Shown here in pieces: positions 7,456 through 15,592 of a DNA stretch of 24,000 bases. The notes under the pieces are model-generated. The model was not told the DNA's origin. It saw only the letters and a program-made list of their open reading frames with translations, and made no database searches. The position numbers were made by a program, and so were the translations under genes. How positions within the stretch are numbered: the stretch's first letter is position 1; each line of letters starts with the position of its first letter. This stretch comes from Candidatus Sigynarchaeum calidifontis (GTDB taxonomy: Archaea > Asgardarchaeota > Lokiarchaeia > Sigyniarchaeales > Sigyniarchaeaceae): contig JAUQYZ020000243.1 in assembly GCA_030587475.2 (NCBI GenBank), forward strand, positions 12,007-36,006. The letters are read 5' to 3'.

Positions 7456-9306
7456 ATGGTACAATCGAAAATCTTACGGGTCAATTTATCCACGGAAAGC
7501 GTTTCCATCGAGAACACGAAGCAAGAAGACTTGGAACTATATATCGGGGGCCAAGGCGTCGCGGCGGCTATGTTCACCCGCGAGGTAGCACCGGGCACGG
7601 ATGCATTCGACCCGGCGAACGAGATCATCTTCTCTGTCGGTCCTTTTTGCGGCACCGCCGTCCCACTATGCGGGAGGCACTTCGTGCTATCGAAATCGCC
7701 GCTCACGGGGCTGATCGGCGAGGCATCGTCCGGCGGGTTCTTCGGCAAGGAGTTGAAATGCACCGGCTTCGACCATGTCGTCATCACGGGCAAGAGCGCC
7801 AAGCCTGTCTATCTCTTGATAAAGGATGGTACCGCCAGCATCAAGGACGCGTCGGAACTGTGGGGGAAGGGCACGCGCGCCACGGAAGCAAGGATCAAGA
7901 AGGAACTCGGGGACAACACGGTCAAGATAGCATCCATAGGCCCCGCGGGTGAAAACCTCGTGCGGTTTGCCTCCATCATGAACGAGCACGACCGTGCCGC
8001 GGGTCGCTGCGGGCTCGGCGCTGTCATGGGTGCCAAGATGCTGAAGGCGATCGCGGTGAAGGGCACGGGCAAGGCACCAGTGGAGAACGAGGACGCGCTC
8101 AAGGAGGCATCGCAAAAGCTACGGGATCTCATCAAGACCAGCCCCCAAGCGATTGCCTACAGCTCGTTCGGGACGCCGTCTGGCATGGATAGCATGGAGT
8201 CCTATGGCGACATACCCGTCAACAACTACCGCGAGAGCAGGTGGAAGGGAAACAAGGGACTCGGCGCCGAGGCGCTCGCCAAGCGCGGCGAGATCAAGAA
8301 ACACGGTTGCTTCAATTGCCCTGTCGCTTGCACGGGGCTGGTCAAGCATGGCGAGGAGCTCGTGCGCTGGCCGGAGTACGAGACGCTCGCGATGCTCGGA
8401 TCGAACTTGCTCGTCGGCGACCTCGAATCCATCATCCGCTGGAACGTTATGGTCAACGATCTTGGCATGGACACGATTTCACTCGGAGCGGTAATCGGTG
8501 CATTCCTCGAGGCTATTGAAAAGGGACTTCTTTCGGTTAACCTCGACGAGCTCGGGTTCACGAAGGAGGTCATCCCGGAGAAAGGTGAGACCTACAAAAT
8601 CTGGGGGTCAGTACCCGCCATCGAAAAATTAATCGCCATGGTCGCTCGCCGGGAGGGCATCGGGAACGATCTTGCGGAGGGCACGAAAAGATTCGTGAAG
8701 GCGAGGAATTTGCCCTCCGAACTCGCGACGCACGGGAAGGGGCTCGAGGTGCCCGCGCACGAGCCACGCGCTTGCGACATGACGGCACTCGACTATGCAA
8801 CGACGCCTCGAGGCGCGTACCATTGTTACATGCCCGTCCATCTCATCGTTAACATGAACCTGAAGAAGGACATCGGCATCGACAAGGCGGTTGACCGTTT
8901 CAGCGCGAACACGGCCGATGGCAAGAATGGCCTCGATGTCACGGCGGAGGTAGTAGTGAAGATGCAAGATGCGGCCGAGGCCTATTCGGCATGCGGTGGA
9001 TGCATGTTCGGTTTCGAATTCGTTTCCGAAGTCACGCCATGGCTGGCGGCATTGAACGCGATCACGGGCAAGGTCCGGACGCTCGATGATTGGATGCACG
9101 CGGGCCGGCGGCTGATCGACTTGAAACGATCCTACAGCATCAAATGTGGCATCACGAAGGCGGATGACACGCTCGGCCCGCGATTTTTCCAGGCCATCCC
9201 GAAGGGAGGCACGAAGCAGCACGTCCCGCCCCTCGACCAGCTCTTGCCGCGATACTACGCGCTTCGAGGCTGGGATCCCGAAGGCCGCCCTCGAAATGCG
9301 ACATGA
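7456..9306 (+). CDS. aor: Aldehyde:ferredoxin oxidoreductase family (tungstopterin, 4Fe-4S) enzyme, paralog 1
   Basis: 616 aa. N-terminal KILRVNLST...YIGGQG, GPAGENLVRFASIMNEHDRAAGRCGLGAVMGAKMLKAIAVKG, Cx2Cx3C cluster motif CFNCPVAC, NDLGMDTIS (pterin motif DxxGxD-type) and GLEVPAHEPR. Subfamily (AOR/FOR/WOR) not assignable by eye. Confidence 0.92.
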   Translation: MVQSKILRVNLSTESVSIENTKQEDLELYIGGQGVAAAMFTREVAPGTDAFDPANEIIFSVGPFCGTAVPLCGRHFVLSKSPLTGLIGEASSGGFFGKELKCTGFDHVVITGKSAKPVYLLIKDGTASIKDASELWGKGTRATEARIKKELGDNTVKIASIGPAGENLVRFASIMNEHDRAAGRCGLGAVMGAKMLKAIAVKGTGKAPVENEDALKEASQKLRDLIKTSPQAIAYSSFGTPSGMDSMESYGDIPVNNYRESRWKGNKGLGAEALAKRGEIKKHGCFNCPVACTGLVKHGEELVRWPEYETLAMLGSNLLVGDLESIIRWNVMVNDLGMDTISLGAVIGAFLEAIEKGLLSVNLDELGFTKEVIPEKGETYKIWGSVPAIEKLIAMVARREGIGNDLAEGTKRFVKARNLPSELATHGKGLEVPAHEPRACDMTALDYATTPRGAYHCYMPVHLIVNMNLKKDIGIDKAVDRFSANTADGKNGLDVTAEVVVKMQDAAEAYSACGGCMFGFEFVSEVTPWLAALNAITGKVRTLDDWMHAGRRLIDLKRSYSIKCGITKADDTLGPRFFQAIPKGGTKQHVPPLDQLLPRYYALRGWDPEGRPRNAT

Positions 9307-9319
9307 GGCTTTTAATTCA

Positions 9320-9326
9320 TTTTTTT
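9320..9326 (+). terminator. T7 tract 14 nt downstream of the AOR1 stop
   Basis: CATTTTTTTAATAAA directly after TGA at 9304-9306, followed by an AT-rich spacer. Confidence 0.5.
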
Positions 9327-9414
9327 AATAAATCCTTAAAAATCCTATCTGTGATACTGAATCTAGTTGATATTATCATCTTATTTACAAAAGATGGACT
9401 AGGATGAGAGCTTT

Positions 9415-10074
9415 ATGGAAAACAGTGGAATCAACAAGCACTTTGTCAGCTTAATCGTAATGTATTTCGCATGGGTCGGTCTTTGCACTACCATTGTCTC
9501 GTTACTCATAATTCAGGCTAAAGCACAAGTTGATCTCGGTGGCGACGTGGATATTACATCGATAGTCGGGATAATCCTCGCTTCCACGTTCGGTTTTGGT
9601 GTTGCCGGGTTAGGCATCGTGCTTTCAATAATAGGGCTCAATTTATACAAGAAAAAGCCTGATGTGGCCAAGGGTTTCGGTATTGCCAACTTCGTGTTCA
9701 TTTTAACAGGTCTGGGAACCATGGTCGCTGGATCGATAATGATCAGCATAGGCTTTGCTAATATATTCGAATGTATAGAGCATCCTTATAGCCCGGCATG
9801 GTTGGAAAAATGTCAACAAGATCTCGTCTTCCAAATAGTGATCGTCATTTGCATGGTTGTTATGGCCTTACTGTCTGTCATCGGGATCGTGGGCTGCGTG
9901 AAGATTGTAAGTAAATTGAACCAATTCGCGCCGCGTACAGGATTCGTTCAAGCCCCTGCCGCATCGGCACAACCTGTTGCTTCAACTGGATCGAAGGGTA
10001 ACTTTTGCTCGGCATGCGGCGCTGAAAATCCGCAAGATTCCAAGTTCTGCAAAAAATGCGGCGCAGCCATGTAA
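9415..10074 (+). CDS. 4-TM membrane protein with a C-terminal zinc-ribbon (Cx2C-x10-Cx2C)
   Basis: 219 aa. Four long hydrophobic helices, then FCSACGAENPQDSKFCKKCGAAM at the C-terminus. AGGATGA motif about 8 nt upstream of the ATG. The gene and its flanks are visibly more AT-rich, with A/T-ending codons, than the neighbouring AOR genes. Confidence 0.7.
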   Translation: MENSGINKHFVSLIVMYFAWVGLCTTIVSLLIIQAKAQVDLGGDVDITSIVGIILASTFGFGVAGLGIVLSIIGLNLYKKKPDVAKGFGIANFVFILTGLGTMVAGSIMISIGFANIFECIEHPYSPAWLEKCQQDLVFQIVIVICMVVMALLSVIGIVGCVKIVSKLNQFAPRTGFVQAPAASAQPVASTGSKGNFCSACGAENPQDSKFCKKCGAAM

Positions 10075-10284
10075 TAGTCTCGTCTTGCAACTCTATCTTA
10101 CTTTTCTTTCTGTCTCACCAAATATTTTTACGAAAAATGGCAGCCGGGACAAGGGAAGAGTATCGTTCTAGGTGCACGTTTATGTCGGCAAGGAAAAGGA
10201 CAGAACGCTTTATAGTCACGCGTGGGGATCTGTTCTCAACACAGTAATGTTCATGATCGAAAACGAGCGAGGACGTAAAACAAC

Positions 10285-12123
10285 ATGTCAATCAACATGA
10301 AACTCTTGAAAATTGACCTTACAAACGGAAAATCGAGCACCTTGCCTCTTGACAAGTCGCTTTACAAGGCATTCGTCGGGGGCGCGGGAATGGCAGCACG
10401 GATCTTGTACCCGATGCTCAACGTGCGTATAGATGCATTGTCTCCTGCCAATCCTCTTCTTTTTATGGCTGGCGCGTTGGCTGGCACGCTTGCGCCGAAT
10501 TTCGGGCGACACGTCGTTTGTGCTCGATCCCCGTTGACTGGCATTTGGGGCGAGTCCAATTGCGGAGGCACGTGGGGGGCGGAGCTCAAGCTGGCGGGCT
10601 GGGACGGCATATTGCTGCTCGGCGCGGCAAAAGATTGGACACAAGTGGTGATCAAGGACGATGATGTCCAGTTACTCGATGCACGAACCCTTGCTGGAAA
10701 GCGCGTGACCGAAACCGAAGCGACGATAAAGAAAGACATCGGCGAGAACAAGCTCAAGATATCGAGTATCGGCCCTGCCGGCGAGCACCTTGTCAAATAC
10801 GCCGCAATCATCTCCGATGAAGGCCGCGCGGCAGGACGCACGGGCATGGGCGCGGTCATGGGATCCAAGAAGGTCAAAGCAATTTCGATAATCGGGACAA
10901 AAAAACCAACGATCGCGGATCCGGCGAAGTTTAACGAGGCCAAGCAACAGCTGCAGCAAGAAATCAAGGATAACTTCACGCTGAACATGTTCAGTGATCT
11001 TGGCAATGCGGGCTATGTTGACATGGCTAGCGTGACCGGGGATCTTGCGTTCAAATATTTCACCAAAGGCGAATGGGACGGTGCATATGATATCTCCGGT
11101 GCGAGTATGAAAGAATCGATTCTCAAGAAACAATTCTTCTGCAAGCAATGCATCGTCGGCTGCGGTCGCATCGTCGATGTGCCGGAGGGCAAGTACAAGA
11201 CCCCCGGCCCAGTGCATGGTCCAGAATACGAGACTATCGGAGCCTTCGGTGCAACCATGCTCTGCCGGGATCTCAAGGCTATCGCCCAGGCGAACTATTT
11301 ATGCAACGACTTCGGTGTCGACACGATCAGTTGCGGTGTTTCCATCGGGTTTGCCTATTATTTGCAAGAAAAGGGCTTGTTGCCTCCAGCCAAGATCGAG
11401 GGCTTAAAACTCGAATGGGGGAATCTAGATCCTGCCATCGCCTTGATAAGCAAGATTGCCAATCGAGAGGGCATCGGAAACGTTCTAGCCGAGGGCGTGA
11501 TGGGCATCGCGGGGCATTTCGGCGTTCCTTTCGACGAGGCCGCTGCAGTTAATGGAATGGAGGTGCCGTTCCATGATGCACGCGCATATGTTGGTTCGGC
11601 TTTGGAATATGCGACGTCGCATCGAGGAGCATGCCACCAGTCTGCCCAGTATTACTTGACAAGCATGGGCGCGCCGTTTCCAGACTGGGGCATCATGCCC
11701 ATCGATCGATTCGAGCACGAGGGTGTTGCTGAATGCGTCGCCAAGCTTCAAGACATGCGGGCAGTCTTCCAGTCCTTGTCGCTCTGTAATTTCGTTGTGC
11801 CGAGCTCCGCCACGCTTCTGGCAGATTTGTTTTCGTCGGCGACGGGGGTGCCAATGACGAGGGAGGAGCTCATCCTCGCGGGCGAGCGGATCTGGACCTT
11901 GCGCCGCCTCATCAACTTGAATCTTGGATATTCGCCCACGTCAGAGAAGTTGCCGGCCATCTTGCTGAAACCGCTCGAGGGGGGAACGAGCGGGACGGTT
12001 CCAAACCTTGAAAAGATGCTGGCAGAATGGTACGCGTATCGTGGCTGGAATCGGGCTACTGGAAAGCCTCCAGAATCCAAGATCAAGAGCCTGGGATTGC
12101 ATGAGCTCAAATCAATTGTTTGA
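10285..12123 (+). CDS. aor: Aldehyde:ferredoxin oxidoreductase family (tungstopterin, 4Fe-4S) enzyme, paralog 2
   Basis: 612 aa. KLLKIDLTNG...FVGGAG, GPAGEHLVKYAAIISDEGRAAGRTGMGAVMGSKKVKAISIIG, Cx2Cx3C motif CKQCIVGC, NDFGVDTIS, MEVPFHDAR and SLSLCNF (candidate fourth Cys ligand). The start could instead be ATG 10297 (MKLLKIDL). Confidence 0.92.
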   Translation: MSINMKLLKIDLTNGKSSTLPLDKSLYKAFVGGAGMAARILYPMLNVRIDALSPANPLLFMAGALAGTLAPNFGRHVVCARSPLTGIWGESNCGGTWGAELKLAGWDGILLLGAAKDWTQVVIKDDDVQLLDARTLAGKRVTETEATIKKDIGENKLKISSIGPAGEHLVKYAAIISDEGRAAGRTGMGAVMGSKKVKAISIIGTKKPTIADPAKFNEAKQQLQQEIKDNFTLNMFSDLGNAGYVDMASVTGDLAFKYFTKGEWDGAYDISGASMKESILKKQFFCKQCIVGCGRIVDVPEGKYKTPGPVHGPEYETIGAFGATMLCRDLKAIAQANYLCNDFGVDTISCGVSIGFAYYLQEKGLLPPAKIEGLKLEWGNLDPAIALISKIANREGIGNVLAEGVMGIAGHFGVPFDEAAAVNGMEVPFHDARAYVGSALEYATSHRGACHQSAQYYLTSMGAPFPDWGIMPIDRFEHEGVAECVAKLQDMRAVFQSLSLCNFVVPSSATLLADLFSSATGVPMTREELILAGERIWTLRRLINLNLGYSPTSEKLPAILLKPLEGGTSGTVPNLEKMLAEWYAYRGWNRATGKPPESKIKSLGLHELKSIV

Positions 12124-12177
12124 TCGCATGCAATTGATGGTCCTATCAATTTTACTGCCAGCGAGAAGTTTTCTATC

Positions 12178-12211
12178 TCGATTTTCTTTTTCCAGATCGT
12201 TCCAAAATCGA
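12178..12211 (+). terminator. T-rich tract inside an 8-bp inverted repeat downstream of AOR2
   Basis: TCGATTTT (12178-12185) pairs with AAAATCGA (12204-12211). GATTTTCTTTTTCC (12180-12193) supplies the oligo-T signal. The whole element starts 55 nt after the stop at 12123. Confidence 0.4.
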
Positions 12212-12270
12212 TATTACGGTGCGCCATGATAGTTTTATTTGAAATCGAGACGAATTCCTTGTGAAACCAC

Positions 12271-13692
12271 ATGTCCGAAACTAGCAATCCCCCACCATCG
12301 CGCACGCTTCTCGGCTGGCGCTTGGTCTTGTTTGCAATTGGCACATTGGGGCAAATGGCTCCGATTGGCTTTTACAACACGTACGCGACCACCTTCTATA
12401 ACTTGACCGTCGGGCTTAATCCCACCATCACGTTTACGGGGCTATTCCTTGGACTGACCACGTTTGCCGTCATGGCACCTGTTTTTGGCACGATAGTCGA
12501 TAATAAATCGCCGGGGCGGCTTGGAAAACGCAAGCCGTTCTTGCTCCTGGGCATTCCGCTCATCATCGTGCTCATGATAGTCGCATGGATGCCCCCGCTG
12601 TGCCCGATGGAGGGGGGCGTGATCGTCGACCCGAACTACATGCCGACGACGGTGTATTACCTCGTCGTGACGCTGCTCGTGTATTTGAACCAGGCGTTGC
12701 TGGTCAGCACGTACCTGTCAATGCTCTCGGAGCAATCAACGGATCAAGATAACCGCGTCAAGATAGCGACGCTCCAAGGTATCTTCAGCATCATCGGCAC
12801 CGTGCTCTCGATCCTCGTCCCGATCACCCTGGAGAGCAAGCTCGTCGATCGAACCAACACCTACTGGTTTACCGTTTCTGGCCAGTATCTCACGTCAATA
12901 TTACCAGTGGTCGGGGTCATTTTCGCGTTGGTCGGCGCGGGTTCCTTCATCGCGGTGTACCTGGCATCGGACGAGTCGTTCCTCGCCACGCGTGCCACCA
13001 AGGAACGGCCACGAACAGCCCTCCGAGAAACCTTCAGCCAGATCGCAGCCCCCTTTTCCGACAAGAACTACCGATATTGGCTCGGTAACGCCTTTTTCTT
13101 CAACATGGCGATCCGCATCTTGATCGTCATCTTGATCCCCGTCATGCGCTTTGTGCTCGAGTTGGAAGAAAATCAAAACATCTGGTTTTTCGTTGCCATC
13201 ATTCCTTTCGCCCTCGGCGGATATGTCCTCTGGGCTCGGAAGATAAAAACATCAGGGCTGAAGGCATCCTATGGCTTGAGCTTGCTCGTGAACGTCATCT
13301 TCGCATTCGTCGCGCTGGTTTTCCTCATACCGATGGAGCCGGGAATCCGGTTCGCTCTCGGTGCCGTCGTCTTGGGCATGTTGATATCCTCGCTCGTCGG
13401 CGGGTACTTGTTTCCGAACCCCATCGTGAGCACGCTGGTCGATAGAGCGCCCTCCGCGATGCGGGCAAGGGCGGACGCGCTCGGGCGCGGGATATCGGGG
13501 AGTTACTTCGGCTTGTACATTTTCTCTTATAACATATCGCAAGCGCTCACCAACATCATCCTGCTATTCATCATCACGCAAGAGACGAAGACGAACCCCC
13601 TCTACATCCTGGCAACCCTTCCAGTCGCGGGGATCCTCGTGTTGATTTCTTACTTGTTTCTTCGCAAGCTCGACTTGCCAAAAATGAAGTAG
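12271..13692 (+). CDS. MFS-superfamily transporter, glycoside-pentoside-hexuronide (GPH)/MelB-like cation symporter family
   Basis: 473 aa with about 12 TM helices. The loop 2-3 motif FGTIVDNKSPGRLGKRKPFLLLGIPL matches the GPH signature D..(s/t)...G+R+P. A TATA-like AGTTTTATTTGAA lies about 30-40 nt upstream. Confidence 0.7.
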   Translation: MSETSNPPPSRTLLGWRLVLFAIGTLGQMAPIGFYNTYATTFYNLTVGLNPTITFTGLFLGLTTFAVMAPVFGTIVDNKSPGRLGKRKPFLLLGIPLIIVLMIVAWMPPLCPMEGGVIVDPNYMPTTVYYLVVTLLVYLNQALLVSTYLSMLSEQSTDQDNRVKIATLQGIFSIIGTVLSILVPITLESKLVDRTNTYWFTVSGQYLTSILPVVGVIFALVGAGSFIAVYLASDESFLATRATKERPRTALRETFSQIAAPFSDKNYRYWLGNAFFFNMAIRILIVILIPVMRFVLELEENQNIWFFVAIIPFALGGYVLWARKIKTSGLKASYGLSLLVNVIFAFVALVFLIPMEPGIRFALGAVVLGMLISSLVGGYLFPNPIVSTLVDRAPSAMRARADALGRGISGSYFGLYIFSYNISQALTNIILLFIITQETKTNPLYILATLPVAGILVLISYLFLRKLDLPKMK

Positions 13693-13708
13693 TTTCCTTT
13701 TTATTTTT
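13693..13708 (+). terminator. Oligo-T tracts immediately after the transporter stop codon
   Basis: TTTCCTTTTTATTTTT directly follows TAG 13690-13692. Confidence 0.5.
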
Positions 13709-13873
13709 GAATATTGAAACTCGATCGGTCGCGTGTGTGCATTTCATCTTGGTACACGAGAACCAGCGCAAAAATCTTTCACGCGCGTTCTCAAGGATGA
13801 GCATGCCTACCGAACTCATCCAGGTGATCGCGATCCCCCTTCCAGAATCCTTTAATTATTCTTAATAGAATAA

Positions 13874-14689
13874 ATGTTCATGGCAGACGAAAACGCTATC
13901 TTTAAATTCTTCAAAGGCACGTTTTCGAGGAAAACGATGCTCACGCGTCTCGTTCCCTCCATTCTTGCAATTTTGCTCGTGACTTTGTTCATAGCAGGCT
14001 TGATGTTCCCAAAGGCGTATGATTGGCGTTATCTCGTGATCTCGGCGCTCTTGAGCACGCAGCACAATCCAATCTGGAACGCATTTCCAGCGATAGGAAT
14101 GACCGTGGGGGGAATCTTGATGATAGGAATGCTTGGCTATTACCAGAAGAGGCTGGGGAAGATCTGCCGCGGGACAACGGGCGTGGGAACCGCTTTCTTG
14201 CTCGTCGCCATCATCGGCCTCATCGGTGTCGGCACGATCGGGCAAGCGGGCGAGTTGATCCCCGAATTCCACGCCATCCTCGTCGATGCCGGGCTCGAGA
14301 AACTGCACGAATACCTGGCTGCGCTCGGTTTTCTTGGCGTGGTCTTCACGGCTATCTTCTACAGTTGTCCCATTTTAAAGGATCATTTCCGAGGCGCGAA
14401 ACAATTCAACATGCGCATCTTCTTGGCCAGCCTCGTTCCGATCCTCGTCGGCGTCGTGGGGTTGGCCTTGAGTTCCTTGTATACCGCGCTTACAGAATGG
14501 GGGAGTCCTCTGGGGAATCCAGCAAATCCCCGTGTCGAGGATGCTGGTAAATATCCTGCATGGATCAGCTTTGCCTTTTGGGAATGGATACTTTTCATTG
14601 GCGTGGTTATTTACATCGTCATGCTCGCGGTCCTGGTTCCTGAAACCGTGATACCATTCGAAAAACGCAATAAAGAAATGAAAGGATGA
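13874..14689 (+). CDS. Polytopic membrane protein (6-7 TM), unknown function, possibly DUF998-like
   Basis: 271 aa with hydrophobic helices throughout. PKAYDWRYLVISALLSTQHNP loosely resembles the N-terminal DUF998 motif. TTTAATTATT lies 15-25 nt upstream, so the start may be ATG 13880. Confidence 0.55.
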   Translation: MFMADENAIFKFFKGTFSRKTMLTRLVPSILAILLVTLFIAGLMFPKAYDWRYLVISALLSTQHNPIWNAFPAIGMTVGGILMIGMLGYYQKRLGKICRGTTGVGTAFLLVAIIGLIGVGTIGQAGELIPEFHAILVDAGLEKLHEYLAALGFLGVVFTAIFYSCPILKDHFRGAKQFNMRIFLASLVPILVGVVGLALSSLYTALTEWGSPLGNPANPRVEDAGKYPAWISFAFWEWILFIGVVIYIVMLAVLVPETVIPFEKRNKEMKG

Positions 14690-14715
14690 GATAAGCCGTC
14701 TTACTCTCTTCAAAC

Positions 14716-14737
14716 CTTGCTTTTTTCTGTTTTTCCT
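14716..14737 (+). terminator. Oligo-T tracts (T6, T5) downstream of the 13874..14689 gene
   Basis: CTTGCTTTTTTCTGTTTTTCCT begins 27 nt after the stop codon. Confidence 0.5.
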
Positions 14738-14754
14738 CGCATGCGTGCCCGGGC

Positions 14755-15477
14755 TCATGGCGAGCCCGCCGGATGGCCCCCGGGGCGTGGATGGCTTGCC
14801 GCGTGGGCAAACGGTGTCTTGTCCTTGATCTCGACGGCCTTGCATAGATACCCGAATGGGTACTTGTCTTGATGGAGATGGAAAGCATCCATGGCGAATA
14901 ATTCCCTTGCGGCGAGTAAAAACTGGTAATATGGATTTCCAGGGAAAACCTTGACGATCACTGCATTGAACTGGAAGCTGGGGTACTTGGGGGCCTCGCC
15001 TGTATAGAGTAACGATATCCGGGGATTTCGCTCCATGTTTTTTGCGGTCTGGCCCTCGAATATCTCGAGGCCGCCGAGCATGCACGTGTCGAAATTGTCC
15101 ACGTCGCTGTAAAAGGTCTCCATTGCCTTCAACCGTGCCGGCAAGGTTTCTTGAACCGGCTTTCCGGCACTCTCCAACCGTGCTTTATCGAGCATGTCCG
15201 TGAAGAACGCGATCTTTTCTTGCTTGGGGACGACTCCCATGCCGCGTGTCGACAAGTTCACGGGGAAATCGTTTTCATTCCCTTCGGGATCCCACGTCGC
15301 GAGCACCGGCAAGTGCGCTGGCTGGGCTCGCACCTGGCTCGCGCCACCCTGGGCCATGGCCTTGAACATGCGCACGCGCGCTTCGGATTGCCACTCGAGG
15401 AATGACCGTGGAAGCGCCACGGTCGAAAACGTGCGCTTTTTTCCCCCAATCGTTATTTCGATGATGTTTTCTCCCAT
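14755..15477 (-). CDS. Soluble conserved-looking hypothetical protein; weak hint of an FMN-binding split-barrel-like C-terminal half
   Basis: 240-aa ORF with ordinary composition and no TM segments. The competing overlapping ORFs are Arg/Pro/Gly-rich shadows. The LEIFEGQTAKNMERNPRISLLYTG...FNAVIVKVFPGNPYYQF pattern is only loosely reminiscent of PNPOx-like barrels. Confidence 0.5.
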   Translation of the reverse strand: MGENIIEITIGGKKRTFSTVALPRSFLEWQSEARVRMFKAMAQGGASQVRAQPAHLPVLATWDPEGNENDFPVNLSTRGMGVVPKQEKIAFFTDMLDKARLESAGKPVQETLPARLKAMETFYSDVDNFDTCMLGGLEIFEGQTAKNMERNPRISLLYTGEAPKYPSFQFNAVIVKVFPGNPYYQFLLAARELFAMDAFHLHQDKYPFGYLCKAVEIKDKTPFAHAASHPRPGGHPAGSP

Positions 15478-15506
15478 TTGTCGTCATCTTGCGTCAGGAT
15501 ACATGT

Positions 15507-15530
15507 ACGACCGCATCGGTCGTTATAAAG
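15507..15530. promoter_or_regulatory. Perfect 7-3-7 palindrome abutting a TATA box in the divergent intergenic region upstream of the envelope cluster
   Basis: ACGACCG-CAT-CGGTCGT (15507-15523) is followed directly by TTATAAAG (15523-15530). The region separates ATG 15477 (minus) from ATG 15593 (plus). Confidence 0.4.
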
Positions 15531-15592
15531 GATACGATGATTAACCATGCCGGCGATCAGCTTGATGACGAACGCGAACGCGTGGTTTGGCA

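Noticed and set aside
7389-7952. 187-aa plus-strand ORF beginning in the AOR relic and running out of frame into AOR1
   Set aside because: It is out of frame with an unambiguous AOR gene and has Arg-rich composition. Only its first residues (IFDPV) are informative, as a frameshifted trace of the AOR relic.
8629-9222. 197-aa antisense ORF inside AOR1; similar antisense ORFs at 10362..11006 and 10672..11217 inside AOR2 and at 5750..6244 inside the aminotransferase
   Set aside because: All lie opposite genes with strong family motifs and have no recognisable features of their own. They are the expected long antisense frames in GC-rich genes.
9307-10284. AT-rich segment as a mobile element or integrated island
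   Set aside because: There is no transposase, integrase or tRNA attachment site, and I could see no flanking direct or inverted repeats. It is kept only as a compositional anomaly in the findings.
13727-13734. 8-mer ATCGGTCG shared between the promoter region of the 13874 gene and the right arm of the 15507-15523 palindrome
   Set aside because: A single extra occurrence of an 8-mer in 24 kb (both strands) is close to chance expectation. The left half of the palindrome is not present at 13727.
14375-15085. 236-aa minus-strand ORF crossing the 14690-14754 intergenic terminator region
   Set aside because: It is Arg/Gly/Pro-rich and overlaps two better-supported genes on both strands, including the oligo-T terminator. 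No motifs recognised.
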